A DNA stretch of 64,000 nucleotides from an uncultured delta proteobacterium (GCA_963745025.1 CAVUWD010000016.1:608001-672000); one strand, 5' to 3'. Counted from the stretch's first letter, positions 30,919 through 41,050 are shown. Numbers and translations are program-made. Notes: generated by a model from the sequence alone, not told the origin.

Positions 30919-32168
30919 AAAAGGTCGTCCCCTTCACGAAGGCGCGCGAGACATCGCTCTATGGGTCGAAGGCCGTGGGGCTCGGCGACGCCGCGCGCCA
31001 GGGCCTCGCGGTACCGCCCGGCGTGGCGCTCTCGGGCGACTTGGTCGAGGCCGTCGCCTCGGGGGAGGACAAGGCCATTGAAAAGGTGGCGAAGGCCGTC
31101 GCCGCCTTGCCGCCCCCGTTCGCCGTCCGGTCGTCGGCCGTCGACGAAGACAGCGCGGCGGCGAGCTTCGCCGGCCAGCACCTCACCGTGCTCAATGTCC
31201 ATTCGGCGGCCGATGTCCCCGGCGCCGTCCGCGAAGTCTGGTGGTCTGCGAACTCGGACTCGGCCATCACCTACCGCCAGCGTGTCGGCCTGTTCACCCG
31301 GCCGAGCGTCGGCGTCGTCGTCCAGACGCTCCTCAACCCCACCGTCGCCGGGGTCATGTTCACCGAGAACCCGGTCACCGGCGCCGATGAGCGCCTGATC
31401 GAAGCGAGTTGGGGCCTCGGTGAAGCCGTGGTCGCCGGCCTCGTCGTCCCGGACCACTTCCGCCTCGACCGTTCCGGCCAAGTGCTGGAGCGCAAGGTCG
31501 GGCGCAAGCGCATCGCGATCCGCTCGCTCCCGAACGGGGGCACCTTCGAGCAGCAAGTGCCACCCGCGCAGGTGAACCAGCTCTGCCTCGACGAGTCCCA
31601 GCTCGTGGCCTTGGGCGAACTCGCCCTGCAGTGCGAGAAGGTCTACGGCCCGCGGCGCGACATCGAATGGGCGTTCCAAGATGGGACGCTCTATCTCCTC
31701 CAGTGCCGCGCCGTCACCACCGGGAAGGCGCGCAGCGAGGCACCCCCACCGGGTCCGCCCCCGCGCGACCCCGTGGCCGCCCTCCGGCGCACCCCCTTCT
31801 TCGCCGATATGGACCGGAGGCAGGCCGAGCAAATCGCCCGCCTGCTCAAGGAGCGCCGCTTCGCGAAGGGCGAGACCGTCATCATGGAGGGCTCCGGAGG
31901 CGCCGCCTTCTTCCTCATCGACTGCGGGGAGGCCACGGTCTCGAGCAAAGGCGTCCACCTCGCCACCTTCGGCCCGGGCGACTGCTTCGGCGAGCTCGCC
32001 CTGATCGACGGCGGCCCGCGCGCGGCGACGGTGACCGCAGCGACCGACCTGGTTTGCTACGGGCTCACGTTCTGGGAGTTCCGCCCGCTCGTCGAAAAAA
32101 ACGGCGCCATCGCATGGAAGCTCCTGCAGGCGCTAGCGAAGCGATTGCGCGCCACCAACCCGGGCTAG
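30915..32168 (+). CDS. PPDK/PEP-synthase ATP-grasp domain fused to a cNMP-binding domain
   Basis: YGSKA, FAVRSSAVDED..SFAGQH, AGVMFT, SWGLGEAVV, DIEWA, LLQCRAVT; Pro-rich linker; FGELALIDGGPRAATV; ATGA overlap with the upstream gene. Confidence 0.9.
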   Translation: MKKVVPFTKARETSLYGSKAVGLGDAARQGLAVPPGVALSGDLVEAVASGEDKAIEKVAKAVAALPPPFAVRSSAVDEDSAAASFAGQHLTVLNVHSAADVPGAVREVWWSANSDSAITYRQRVGLFTRPSVGVVVQTLLNPTVAGVMFTENPVTGADERLIEASWGLGEAVVAGLVVPDHFRLDRSGQVLERKVGRKRIAIRSLPNGGTFEQQVPPAQVNQLCLDESQLVALGELALQCEKVYGPRRDIEWAFQDGTLYLLQCRAVTTGKARSEAPPPGPPPRDPVAALRRTPFFADMDRRQAEQIARLLKERRFAKGETVIMEGSGGAAFFLIDCGEATVSSKGVHLATFGPGDCFGELALIDGGPRAATVTAATDLVCYGLTFWEFRPLVEKNGAIAWKLLQALAKRLRATNPG

Positions 32169-32262
32169 CACCGGACCTTCAGCCTCGTCGACGAAACGAC
32201 CGCACCCCGCCAAGGTTACCGAGGGGATCCCGCTTCGATGAATCTCGGGGCGCCCCAAACAG

Positions 32263-32305
32263 CATGTTCCTGGTCCAAAGTGTTACCTATGTTCCAGGTC
32301 GGTAC
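32263..32305. mobile_element. Possible IS481-type terminal remnant
   Basis: catgttcctggtc-caaagtgttacc-tatgttccaggtcggtac: 25-bp-period subterminal repeat of the AAAGTGTTACCTATGT type. Confidence 0.45.
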
Positions 32306-32377
32306 TCCCAGCTTCCTTAGCCCGCAGCACGCGGCCGACCGGCGCTGTGGCGCGGGCGCGAGAACGATCCGTGCGCC

Positions 32378-33556
32378 TTACCCGGAGCGCCCGTCTGGTC
32401 GCGGCGCGGCGAGCATGGGCGCGTAGCGGATCACGAACGTCCCGTACGCGAGCATCCAGAGGACCCCGCTCGCCAGGAGACCGCTCGTCTGTGGCACCCA
32501 GGCCAGCGCCGTGGCGACGCGGAGCGCGCCGGCCCCGAGGACAGCGGCGAACGCGAGCGTCATCCCGGGCGGCAGGTGGAGCGGCCGGCCGGTGTGTCCG
32601 AGCGCGACGCGGCTCATGACGCCGAGGATGAGCGCCCCCGCCGCGCCCGCACCCGCCGCGTGGAGCCAGACCGTCGGCGTGACCGCGCCGACCGACGCCG
32701 CCGCGAGGAGTACGAGTGCGACGGGGATCCAGGCGAGCGCGACGTGGAGGATCCAGAGGAGCGGCTCGCGGCGGACGAGCCAGCCACGCCACAGATAGAG
32801 CCGGGCGGCGCTCGCCGCCGCGGCGACCGCCGCGATCGGTGCCGTCAGCGCCGGCGGCGCTTCGAACGAGACGAGCGGGAGGAGTGCGACCGTCGCCCCG
32901 ATCGCCACGGACTCGAGCCACGGCACGATGCGGACCGCGGCGGCGTCGCCTCCGGTTCCGCGGAGCCAGTTGCTCGAGAACGCGGGCGTGATACGCCCGC
33001 CGACGACGAGCATCAGCGCGACGACGGCGAGCATGGCTGCTCGGGAAAAGGCCGGCCGGTTCGTGGCGTGGAAGCCGACGTCCAGGAGCCACAGGGCGCC
33101 GAGGACACCGACGATCACGAGCTGGCGGTGCTGCTTCGCTGCGACGATCCTCCGTCCCGCGTCGAGGACGACGAGCGGCAGGAAGGCGAGGTCTACGCCG
33201 TGGACGAGCGCCGCCGGCAGCGCACGGCCGAAGAGCATCGCCAGGCGACCCGCGAGCCACACCGCCCAGAGCGCGGCGAGCGGGGCGCCGTGCAGCCGGT
33301 CCGTGCTCGTCCAGACGCAGACCGCGGTCAGCAGGAAGCCGGCGATCGCGGCCTCGAGGAACCCGAAGACCATCTCGTGCTGGTGCCAAAGGAGGGCAGG
33401 CAGCGCGAGCGGTGGCGCGAAGCCGCCGAGGAGCACGAGAAGCCAGGCAGGAACGATCAGGACCGCGAGCAGAGCCGTCGAGAGGAAGAAGACGCGGAAC
33501 GGGTACGCGAAGAGCGGCAGCGTCCCCGCCGGGGCCGCCGGGTGCAGGGTGTCCAT
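32378..33556 (-). CDS. nnrS: NnrS family membrane protein
   Basis: FAYPFRVFF, WHQHEMVFGF, GFLLTAV..W, GGRITPAF, EPLLWILH, MSRVALGHTGR, PRPDGRSG. Confidence 0.92.
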   Translation of the reverse strand: MDTLHPAAPAGTLPLFAYPFRVFFLSTALLAVLIVPAWLLVLLGGFAPPLALPALLWHQHEMVFGFLEAAIAGFLLTAVCVWTSTDRLHGAPLAALWAVWLAGRLAMLFGRALPAALVHGVDLAFLPLVVLDAGRRIVAAKQHRQLVIVGVLGALWLLDVGFHATNRPAFSRAAMLAVVALMLVVGGRITPAFSSNWLRGTGGDAAAVRIVPWLESVAIGATVALLPLVSFEAPPALTAPIAAVAAAASAARLYLWRGWLVRREPLLWILHVALAWIPVALVLLAAASVGAVTPTVWLHAAGAGAAGALILGVMSRVALGHTGRPLHLPPGMTLAFAAVLGAGALRVATALAWVPQTSGLLASGVLWMLAYGTFVIRYAPMLAAPRPDGRSG

Positions 33557-33682
33557 GTCCCCGTTCTGGCCGCTTCCAAAGCGGAGGTCGAGAGGGGGCC
33601 GGTGGCGGCGACCGCGCCGAGCTCCGCGCCGAGCGCGAATTCCTCGGCGAAGGGCGAGCTTCGCCATCTCGCCCGTCGCTAG

Positions 33683-33960
33683 CTCGAGCGTCTGGCCCGC
33701 TCGCTCGAGCGGCAGCATCCGGGAGCGGCAGGGTCGCTGCGCGAAGGACTCGAGGAGACTCTCGCCCTTCAGCGGCTCGGGATCTGCGACTCGCTGTATC
33801 GGACGCTTCGCAGCACCAACGCCATCGAGAATCTCAACGGCTCGGTGATGCACTTCGCGCGCAACGTCCGTCGCTGGCGAGACGCCTTGATGATGCTGCG
33901 CCCGGTGGACACGGGTCTGGACGAGGCGCAGAAACAGTTTCGCCGACTGAAGGGCAGACC
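33683..33960 (+). pseudogene. IS256-family transposase C-terminal remnant
   Basis: HPGAAGSLREGLEETL..RTLRSTNAIENLN..RNVRRWRD..EAQKQFRRLKG; preceded by a stop, no start. Confidence 0.8.
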
Positions 33961-34087
33961 TCGGCCGATCTGCTCAAAAGACGCGAGCAAGCACTCCGCC
34001 GAGGCGGGCGCGTCGTTGCCCGCGATTCAATGCTTCGAAGGTGCGTCGAAACGGTCGCGCGCCGTGGGCACCCGAACCTACTGAAGA

Positions 34088-34415
34088 TCATGTTTCGGTG
34101 TGGCTCAGAGCACGCTCGATCGCCTGCAGGACGCGCTTCTCGTTGCCCGAGACCGTGAACGCCAGATTCAGGACTCCGCCGCTGGCTTCGGCGACTTGGC
34201 GCGCATTCTCCAACAAATCGTTGCGAAAGGTGGCGAGCTCTTGTGGGTTCAACACTTTGCGCAACGCCTCGGCGTAGGCATACCACACCTTTCGAGCGTC
34301 TTGCCGGAGGTGATGCTTGAGCGCGTTGTCCAGCATCTTGTAGGCGACGCTATCAGGCGCGATGCCATGGTTCTCGGCCGCGGTCAGAACCGCGCGGAGC
34401 TCTCGTTCGTCGCCG
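34088..34415 (-). pseudogene. 5'-truncated TerB-like conserved protein
   Basis: DERELRAVLTAAENHGI..ARQVAEASGGVLNL..VSGNEKRVLQAIERAL; N-terminus missing. Confidence 0.5.
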
Positions 34416-34643
34416 AGATGGCGAAGTGCAAGAAGCGCGACGGCAGCCTGTGCATCGGGCCGACGCCGCCGGAGGATTGTGTTCCGCTCGGGAGCGGCCG
34501 AGTACTATAGGATCACGTGGGACGTGGTGCCCGCAGCGGAGCAGTGATTTCCACGAGAAGAACCGGGTAAGTGATAGGCGCATTGATGTCCGGCGACGGC
34601 TTCGAGCAAGCCGCGCCTGGCGCGTGGGGGGAGGTATCTTACG

Positions 34644-34913
34644 ATGAGATTCAGGATGGGGCGTTTCTATCTACTGGCAACGATGGTCGCCCTTGCGACC
34701 CTCACCCTGCTTTCACGGCGCGTCGCCGTCGCTCAGACTCCGGAGGAGACTCCGCCCGGAACCTTCACAGAGTTCCTAAAACAACAATGGGCTAGGCCCA
34801 AATCGGATGAACCCGCACCGGACACCGCTCGTGACACGATCGACGCAATGAAAAGAGCCAGGGAAAGGGCCAGCGGTACGCCGCAGCCAGAACCGACACC
34901 AAAGTGGGACTGA
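34644..34913 (+). CDS. Small exported protein, copy 2
   Basis: Shares MRFRxGRFYLLATMVALA and ARDTID..ERASGTPxPEPTPKWD plus the upstream leader with 27514..27816. Confidence 0.75.
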   Translation: MRFRMGRFYLLATMVALATLTLLSRRVAVAQTPEETPPGTFTEFLKQQWARPKSDEPAPDTARDTIDAMKRARERASGTPQPEPTPKWD

Positions 34914-35167
34914 ACAACGCGCGACGGCTCGTCGCCGGCCGCACCTCGACTGCCGAGATCAGCGGGGCACTCGGCCGGCTCTCTTGAAAGACATGCTGTG
35001 CCGTGGTCGGCCTCGAGGCGCAGGCGGTCAGGGCGCGCCGCGACTAGAGCACCGCCAGCACGCCGAGGACGCCGTCATTTCCCCATGTCTGCCCGCTTTG
35101 AGCTAGCGGAACAATCCCGGCCGGAGGAGCCCCCACCCACGTACGAGAACCGGCAGACACGGGACGG

Positions 35168-36307
35168 TCAATTACCGTGACGCTCGCGATACTGTCGGAG
35201 CCACTCGCCCGCCACCAATTGATGCCCGGCAGTGGTCCAATGCACGTCGCCGGGAATGAAATCCAGCGCCAGAATTTGTTGCCGGACCGCCGGATCGGCC
35301 GGGAAAAATACCCCGTGGAGGTCATAGCACCCGAGGTGCTGCTCGGCGGAGAAGGTTTGCCAAAAGTTCCGGTAGCGTGAATGCGCGTCGTTGGCGCTGA
35401 TCTCCTGCGGCCAGGGATAGATCGCAATCTCGAAACCGATGGCGTGGGCCGCACACAGCGATGCGAGTTTGGTCACGTAATACGCCGCGCTCCCCTCCGC
35501 GGCCTGGAGCCAGTCAGGCGGTTGGCCGCGCGTCCACGCTTCGCGGTCGTTGGGGTCGAAGACAAAGCTCTCACCGGTGTGTGGCTCCGTGAAGACCGTT
35601 TTTCTCCAAGGGTCTCGACCCTGCCGCTTGAGAAGCGTGCGGTAGATCAGCGAGTACTGCGCCAGCGGTGGCGGCTGCGGCGTCTTGACGTAGCGTCGAG
35701 TCCACGCGTCATCCTGATCTTTGTTCGCCGGGAGGAAATCGTTGAAGATCAACTCATCCGCCATGTCCGAGACGTCGATGAAGAAGACAATGTTGCTAAG
35801 ACGTAAGCCACCATCCAGCAACGCCTTCGTCTTGTAGTAGACGGTCTTGGGGCAATACGACAATACGCCTCCATTGAGGACTTCGATGCCTTGGGTGGAC
35901 AGGACTTTGTCGACGAGGCCGACCCATGTTTGCGCATAGGGCAAGCCCATCCCCTCAGTGAACGAGTCGCCGATGAACATCAGCCGGGGCCCGGACGACT
36001 GCAGTGGCACATCGCGCGGACTGTCATCCTTGAACCCGAGGCTGTTGGTGGCCAAGGTGTGTGAAACCTTCCCCCACGTGGCGGTGGTCACGCGCTTGGC
36101 GGCGAGGCCGTGGCTATAGTCGCGATCTTGTCGGCGGAACCCGCTCGCGTCCGCGCTGATTCTGAAGACGCCCCGATTCCTGTCGCGATAGTCGCCGAGA
36201 TGGTAGGTCAGATACCCAGCGATCCAATCCACCGCGAGTGGCAGCGCAAGGCCCACCACGATGGCGAGGAGCCGTACTTGCCAGCGTGGCGGCCTGAAGT
36301 CACCCAT
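35168..36307 (-). CDS. Membrane-anchored SGNH/GDSL hydrolase family protein
   Basis: TNSLGFKD, IGDSFTEG, NGGVLSY, DVHWTTAGH. Confidence 0.8.
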   Translation of the reverse strand: MGDFRPPRWQVRLLAIVVGLALPLAVDWIAGYLTYHLGDYRDRNRGVFRISADASGFRRQDRDYSHGLAAKRVTTATWGKVSHTLATNSLGFKDDSPRDVPLQSSGPRLMFIGDSFTEGMGLPYAQTWVGLVDKVLSTQGIEVLNGGVLSYCPKTVYYKTKALLDGGLRLSNIVFFIDVSDMADELIFNDFLPANKDQDDAWTRRYVKTPQPPPLAQYSLIYRTLLKRQGRDPWRKTVFTEPHTGESFVFDPNDREAWTRGQPPDWLQAAEGSAAYYVTKLASLCAAHAIGFEIAIYPWPQEISANDAHSRYRNFWQTFSAEQHLGCYDLHGVFFPADPAVRQQILALDFIPGDVHWTTAGHQLVAGEWLRQYRERHGN

Positions 36308-36418
36308 CTGACGGCTTCATCTTCGCCCCCTACTTCACCACCGAGACTCCGGGGGTCGCAGAAGACGCGACGGTGATGACCTGCATGATTCCACATGGAG
36401 GACAGCGGCTACAAGGGC

Positions 36419-36446
36419 CGAAAAGCTAGGTGTCGAAAAGCTAGGT
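36419..36446 (+). repeat. Short direct repeat
   Basis: cgaaaagctaggt twice with a 15-bp period. Confidence 0.7.
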
Positions 36447-36766
36447 CCGAATTGCGCCGCCGGGGTGGCGGCAAGGTGACCCACCCCGCGCGCCCCAGGC
36501 GCAGCAACGTCACGCGCACGCCCATCGCCTTCGCCCGCCCGACTCCGTCTCTCCGACCGAGCGCGGTGCACACCCGCTCCGCCAGTTCGCTACGTGGCGC
36601 GTCGTCGCCACGCGCAATCGCCCCGCCAATGATTGCGAGCCCTGTTGGCGCTCTCGGGGCGCTGGTCCGGTCGCGATCGGATCGCGATCGACGTGCCTTG
36701 CGATCCGACCGTGCTTTCGGCTAGGCGTGCAAACGAAGCGAACCGCCTGGGGACAGGAGGCACACG

Positions 36767-37927
36767 ATGAACCGCAGCGTGGACCGGATCCTGACGACTC
36801 ACGTCGGAAGCCTGCCCCGAAGCCGAGCGCTCAGCGACCTGTTGATTCGCCAGGAACGCGGCGAAGCGATCGACCGGGCGAAGCTCGATCGGGAATGTCA
36901 GGCCGCGGTCCGGCACGTCGTCGAGCACCAGGTGGCATGTGGGGTCGACGTGATCAACGACGGCGAACAGCCGCGCGTCGGCTTCCAAACCTACGTGGGG
37001 CTGCGGCTGAAAGGCTACGGGGGTCGGAGTCCGCGCCCGTTCTTCCGGGACTTCGTCGATTTTCCCGACTACGCGGAGATCTGGCAAAAGCGCGGCATGG
37101 TCACCTCGAAGGTCTTCGACGCGCCGCAGGCCGTCGCGGAAATCGAGTACGCGGACTTGAGCGAGGCGGAACGGGAGTGCGACCTGCTTCTCGAGGCTGC
37201 AGGGGAGTATGCGGGACGCTATCGCGAGCTCTTCATGACGGCCGCATCCCCCGGGATCGTGGCGACGACCCTCCTGAACGCATACTACGATTCCCACGAG
37301 AGCTACGTGAACGCCGTTGCCCGAGAGATGCGGAAGGAGTACGAACGGATCCACTCGAAGGGGCTCCTCCTCCAACTTGACTGTCCGGACCTTGCGATGG
37401 AGCGGGTCGGGCTTTTCCAGAAGGAACCGTTGTCGCGGTTTCTAGAGGTCGTGGAGACTCACATCGAGGCCATCAACCGGGCTCTCGAGAACGTTCCGCG
37501 AGAGAGTGTGCGGCTCCACGTCTGCTGGGGGAACTGGGACGGACCGCACGTCTACGACGTGGCGCTCGAGGACATTCTTCCGATCCTGTACCGCGCCCGG
37601 GTCGGCGCCTTATCCCTCGAGCTCGCCAACCCGCGGCACGAGCACGAGATCGCGGTCTTGAAAAAGCATCCGCTCCCGGACTCGATGATCTTCGTTCCGG
37701 GCGTGATCGACTCGAAGACGAACTTCGTCGAGCACCCGGAGCTCATCTGCAACCGCATCCTGCGGGCCGTCGACGCGGTCGGCGACCGCAGCCGCGTCAT
37801 CGCGAGCTCGGATTGTGGCTTCGGGACGTTCGCGGGCTGGGAGATGGTGGCGCCGAGCGTCGTTTGGGCCAAGCTCCGCGCGCTTCGGGAGGGAGCCGAA
37901 CTCGCATCGAAGCGACTGTGGGGATGA
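36767..37927 (+). CDS. Cobalamin-independent methionine synthase II / epoxyalkane:CoM transferase-like Zn enzyme
   Basis: TTHVGSLPR, NDGEQ, LQLDCPDLA, LHVCWGN, PRHEHE, SDCGFGT. Confidence 0.9.
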   Translation: MNRSVDRILTTHVGSLPRSRALSDLLIRQERGEAIDRAKLDRECQAAVRHVVEHQVACGVDVINDGEQPRVGFQTYVGLRLKGYGGRSPRPFFRDFVDFPDYAEIWQKRGMVTSKVFDAPQAVAEIEYADLSEAERECDLLLEAAGEYAGRYRELFMTAASPGIVATTLLNAYYDSHESYVNAVAREMRKEYERIHSKGLLLQLDCPDLAMERVGLFQKEPLSRFLEVVETHIEAINRALENVPRESVRLHVCWGNWDGPHVYDVALEDILPILYRARVGALSLELANPRHEHEIAVLKKHPLPDSMIFVPGVIDSKTNFVEHPELICNRILRAVDAVGDRSRVIASSDCGFGTFAGWEMVAPSVVWAKLRALREGAELASKRLWG

Positions 37928-37972
37928 GCCCTGCGGGCCCGACCGGCGCAAAGGCTCCCTTCATCGAGGAGG

Positions 37973-38941
37973 ATGGTCATGACGCGCAAGAAGCTTTCGT
38001 TCACGCTCGAGGACGTCCGGGAGATGGCGAAGCGGTTCTCGAACTGGGGACGGTGGGGCGACGACGACGAGCTCGGCACCGTGAACTTCATCACCCCCGA
38101 CAAGGTCGCGTCGGCCGCCCGGCTCGCGCGGACGGGAAAGATCTTGAGCCTGGCGATTCCCTTCGACTCCAAGGGTCCGCAGACTGGAGAGTTCGGCAGG
38201 ACGAATCCCATCCACTACATGATGCAGGACGGAGGGGACGTCGCCTCGGGAGCGCAGGATTGGATCCCGACCCTACGTTACACGGACGACGCCGTGATCA
38301 TGCCGCTCCAATGCGCGACCCAGTGGGATGCGCTCGCCCACATCTTCTTCGACGGGAAGATGTACAATGGTGGCGTGCCGGCGCTCGTCGACAGCACGGG
38401 AGCGAAGCGAAACAGCATCGTGCCGCTGCGGAACCGGCTCGCCACCCGCGGAGTCCTCCTCGACATCCCGCGGCTTCGAAGGAAGAGCTGGCTCGAGCCG
38501 GGCGAGGCGATCTACCCCGATGAACTGGATGCGGCGGCCAGCGAGGCAGGTGTGAAGGTCGAACGGGGGGACATCGTCCTCGTGCGGACCGGGCAGGTCG
38601 CCATGTGCAGGAGCCGCGGGGATTGGGCGGGCTACAACGGCGGAGATTCGCCCGGATTGAGCCTCTCCTGCGCAGAATGGATCTACCGGAAAGAGATCGC
38701 CGGGTACGCGACGGACACCTGGGGCACCGAAGTGATTCCCAACGAGACGCCGGACGTCTTTCAGCCGATCCACTGCGTCTCGCTCGTGCACACGGGTATT
38801 CTGATCGGAGAAATTTTCGATCTCGAAGGGCTCGCGGAGGATTGCGCGGCGGACGGGGTCTACGAGTTCTTCTTCGTGGCGCCGCCGCTGCCGATCACGG
38901 GAGCCGTCGGTTCGCCGATCAACCCGCAGGCGATCAAGTGA
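37973..38941 (+). CDS. Cyclase / kynurenine-formamidase-like metal hydrolase
   Basis: NWGRWGDDDELGTVN, TQWDALAH, RGVLLDIP, GDIVLVRTG, GSPINPQAIK. Confidence 0.9.
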   Translation: MVMTRKKLSFTLEDVREMAKRFSNWGRWGDDDELGTVNFITPDKVASAARLARTGKILSLAIPFDSKGPQTGEFGRTNPIHYMMQDGGDVASGAQDWIPTLRYTDDAVIMPLQCATQWDALAHIFFDGKMYNGGVPALVDSTGAKRNSIVPLRNRLATRGVLLDIPRLRRKSWLEPGEAIYPDELDAAASEAGVKVERGDIVLVRTGQVAMCRSRGDWAGYNGGDSPGLSLSCAEWIYRKEIAGYATDTWGTEVIPNETPDVFQPIHCVSLVHTGILIGEIFDLEGLAEDCAADGVYEFFFVAPPLPITGAVGSPINPQAIK

Positions 38942-39096
38942 CGCCGTGAGGACGCCACGAGTCGGTCAGAAACACAGCCGGGTGAGCCGGAGCGCTTCAC
39001 GGCCGTCGACGCCGAGAGCGTTCGGATCGAGGCCCAACCGGCGTGGAGGATCGCGGAGGAGTCTATCGTATTATCCCTGGGAAAGGAGGTATCCCC

Positions 39097-39870
39097 ATGA
39101 GGCGACAGATGGACGTCAACAGTGACATGGGCGAGAGCTTCGGAAACTGGGTGATGGGGAACGACGCCGCCCTCTTGCCCCTCGTGACGACGGCGAACGT
39201 CGCTTGTGGGTTTCACGCCGGGGATCCGGTGACGCTGCTCCGCACGGTCCGCCTCGCGAAGCGAAACGGCGTCGTCGTCGGGGCGCATCCCGGACTCCCG
39301 GACCTCCTCGGCTTCGGCCGCCGGGCGATGAAGATCTCCCCCGAAGACGCGTACGCCTACGTCGTCTATCAGGTCGGCGCGCTCCAGGCGACGCTCGCTG
39401 TGGAGGGGATGCGGCTCCACCACGTGAAGCCACACGGGGCGTTCTACTCGGTCCTGAAGGCCGAGGAGGAGCTTGCGGATGCCGTGGCGGAGGCGATCGC
39501 GTCCCTCTCGCCGGAGCCGATGCTCTACTGGCCCGCGCCCACCGACTCGGCGCTTCCCCGGGCGGTGCGGAAGCGGGGGATCCGCGTAGTCGGAGAAATC
39601 TACGTGGACCTCGACTACGCTCCCGACGGCTCGCTCATCATCCAGCGGACGAAGCACTCGACGGACCTCGCGAAGACGACCGCTCAGGTGCGGCGCTACA
39701 TCGACACCGGAGAGGTCCTCGCGCAGGACGGCACGGCCGTCGCTCTCGATGCGGAGAGCATCTGCGTCCACGGGGACGGTCCGAACGCCGTCGATGTCGC
39801 GCGCGCCGTGCGCCGAACCCTCGAAGAATCGGGCTGTCTCACCGAGCCGGTTCTCGCCTACGCCGCGTAG
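39097..39870 (+). CDS. pxpA: LamB/YcsF family protein (5-oxoprolinase subunit A-like)
   Basis: DVNSDMGESFG, ANVACGFHAGDP, GAHPG, HVKPHGA, SICVHGD; AAGGAGG RBS. Confidence 0.88.
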   Translation: MRRQMDVNSDMGESFGNWVMGNDAALLPLVTTANVACGFHAGDPVTLLRTVRLAKRNGVVVGAHPGLPDLLGFGRRAMKISPEDAYAYVVYQVGALQATLAVEGMRLHHVKPHGAFYSVLKAEEELADAVAEAIASLSPEPMLYWPAPTDSALPRAVRKRGIRVVGEIYVDLDYAPDGSLIIQRTKHSTDLAKTTAQVRRYIDTGEVLAQDGTAVALDAESICVHGDGPNAVDVARAVRRTLEESGCLTEPVLAYAA

Positions 39871-39928
39871 CGGGTCGGAGGCCCGGCGACTCAATCCAGG
39901 AAGTTCCGAAGTTCCGAGGAGGCATGCG

Positions 39929-40957
39929 ATGAAATTCGGTTTGCTCTTCGCTCACCAGATCCCTCCCGAGAGCGGGATTCCGTGGAACGAGCCCTACCAG
40001 GACATGCTCCGCTGCCTGCCCCGCGCGGAGGAGCTCGGCTACGTCTCGGCGTTCCAGGTCTCTCACCACGTCCAGAAGGACGGTCTCTGTCCCGGGCCTC
40101 TCGTGGCGCTCGGCGGCGCCGCCGCCGTGACACAGCGGATGCGGGTCGGGACCGGGATCCTCCTCGTCCCCATGTACGCCCCGCTCAGGCTCGCCGAGGA
40201 CATCGCCGTCCTCGACAACCTTTCGAACGGTCGATTCATCCTCGGCGTCGCTCCGGGGTACGTGAGCGAGGAGTTCGCTGCGCACGGAGTTCCCCGGAAC
40301 CAGCGGGTCGGCCGGCTCGAAGAGACGCTCGACCTGATGACGCTCGCATGGAGAGAGGAGCGCTTCTCGTTCGACGGAAGGTACTTCAAGGTCCCGGAGG
40401 CGTGTCTCACGCCGAAGCCCGTCCAGAAGCCCCACCCGCCGATCTGGTACGGCGTCTCAGCCCCGGGCTCGATCCGCCGGGCGGCGCGCCGCCACGCGGT
40501 TCTCGTCGCCTCACCGCGACACGGAATCGCGGAGCTGAAGGAGCACTTCCGCATTTACGACGAGGCGGCGAGCGAGTTCGGCTTCAAGCCGGCGGAGCGG
40601 CCCGTCATCCGGCAGGTCTTCGTCGCCGAAACCCGCAACAAGGCCGAGAAGGTCGCTGCCCCGGCGGTCAGCTACCTCTACCGGGAACTCTATGGCGCCA
40701 AGTCCGCTCAGGGCGAGCGGGAGCTCCGCACCGACGACGGGCGGGTGATCTCGGACCGCCAGCAAGCCACGTACGAAGCGCTCAAGGGACGGTACGCGAT
40801 CGGCGAACCAGACTTCGTCTACGAATCACTCAAGAGTTGCGTGACGGAGCTCGGTGCAACCGAGATCATCTGCTGGATGCACATGCCGGGGATCCGCGGC
40901 GAGGAGGCGATGCGTTCTGTGGAACTCTTCGCGAAGGAGGTCATGCCCCGCTTCTGA
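39929..40957 (+). CDS. LLM-class flavin-dependent oxidoreductase
   Basis: MKFG, AEELGY, PLRLAEDIAVLDNLSNGR, PKPVQKPHPPIW, ELFAKEVMP. Confidence 0.9.
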   Translation: MKFGLLFAHQIPPESGIPWNEPYQDMLRCLPRAEELGYVSAFQVSHHVQKDGLCPGPLVALGGAAAVTQRMRVGTGILLVPMYAPLRLAEDIAVLDNLSNGRFILGVAPGYVSEEFAAHGVPRNQRVGRLEETLDLMTLAWREERFSFDGRYFKVPEACLTPKPVQKPHPPIWYGVSAPGSIRRAARRHAVLVASPRHGIAELKEHFRIYDEAASEFGFKPAERPVIRQVFVAETRNKAEKVAAPAVSYLYRELYGAKSAQGERELRTDDGRVISDRQQATYEALKGRYAIGEPDFVYESLKSCVTELGATEIICWMHMPGIRGEEAMRSVELFAKEVMPRF

Positions 40958-41050
40958 TAGGGAACCACGGGACCGAGGTCTCCGCGGCGATCTTCCCGGC
41001 GGTCGGCCCGCTGGGTCATGCGAGGAGGAAGTCCCGCTAGGGGGAAGCTC

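Noticed and set aside
36767-37927. Calling this gene metE, and 53522..54367 menB
   Set aside because: Half-size MetE-like protein in a catabolic context, and no other men genes nearby; only family-level calls are supportable.
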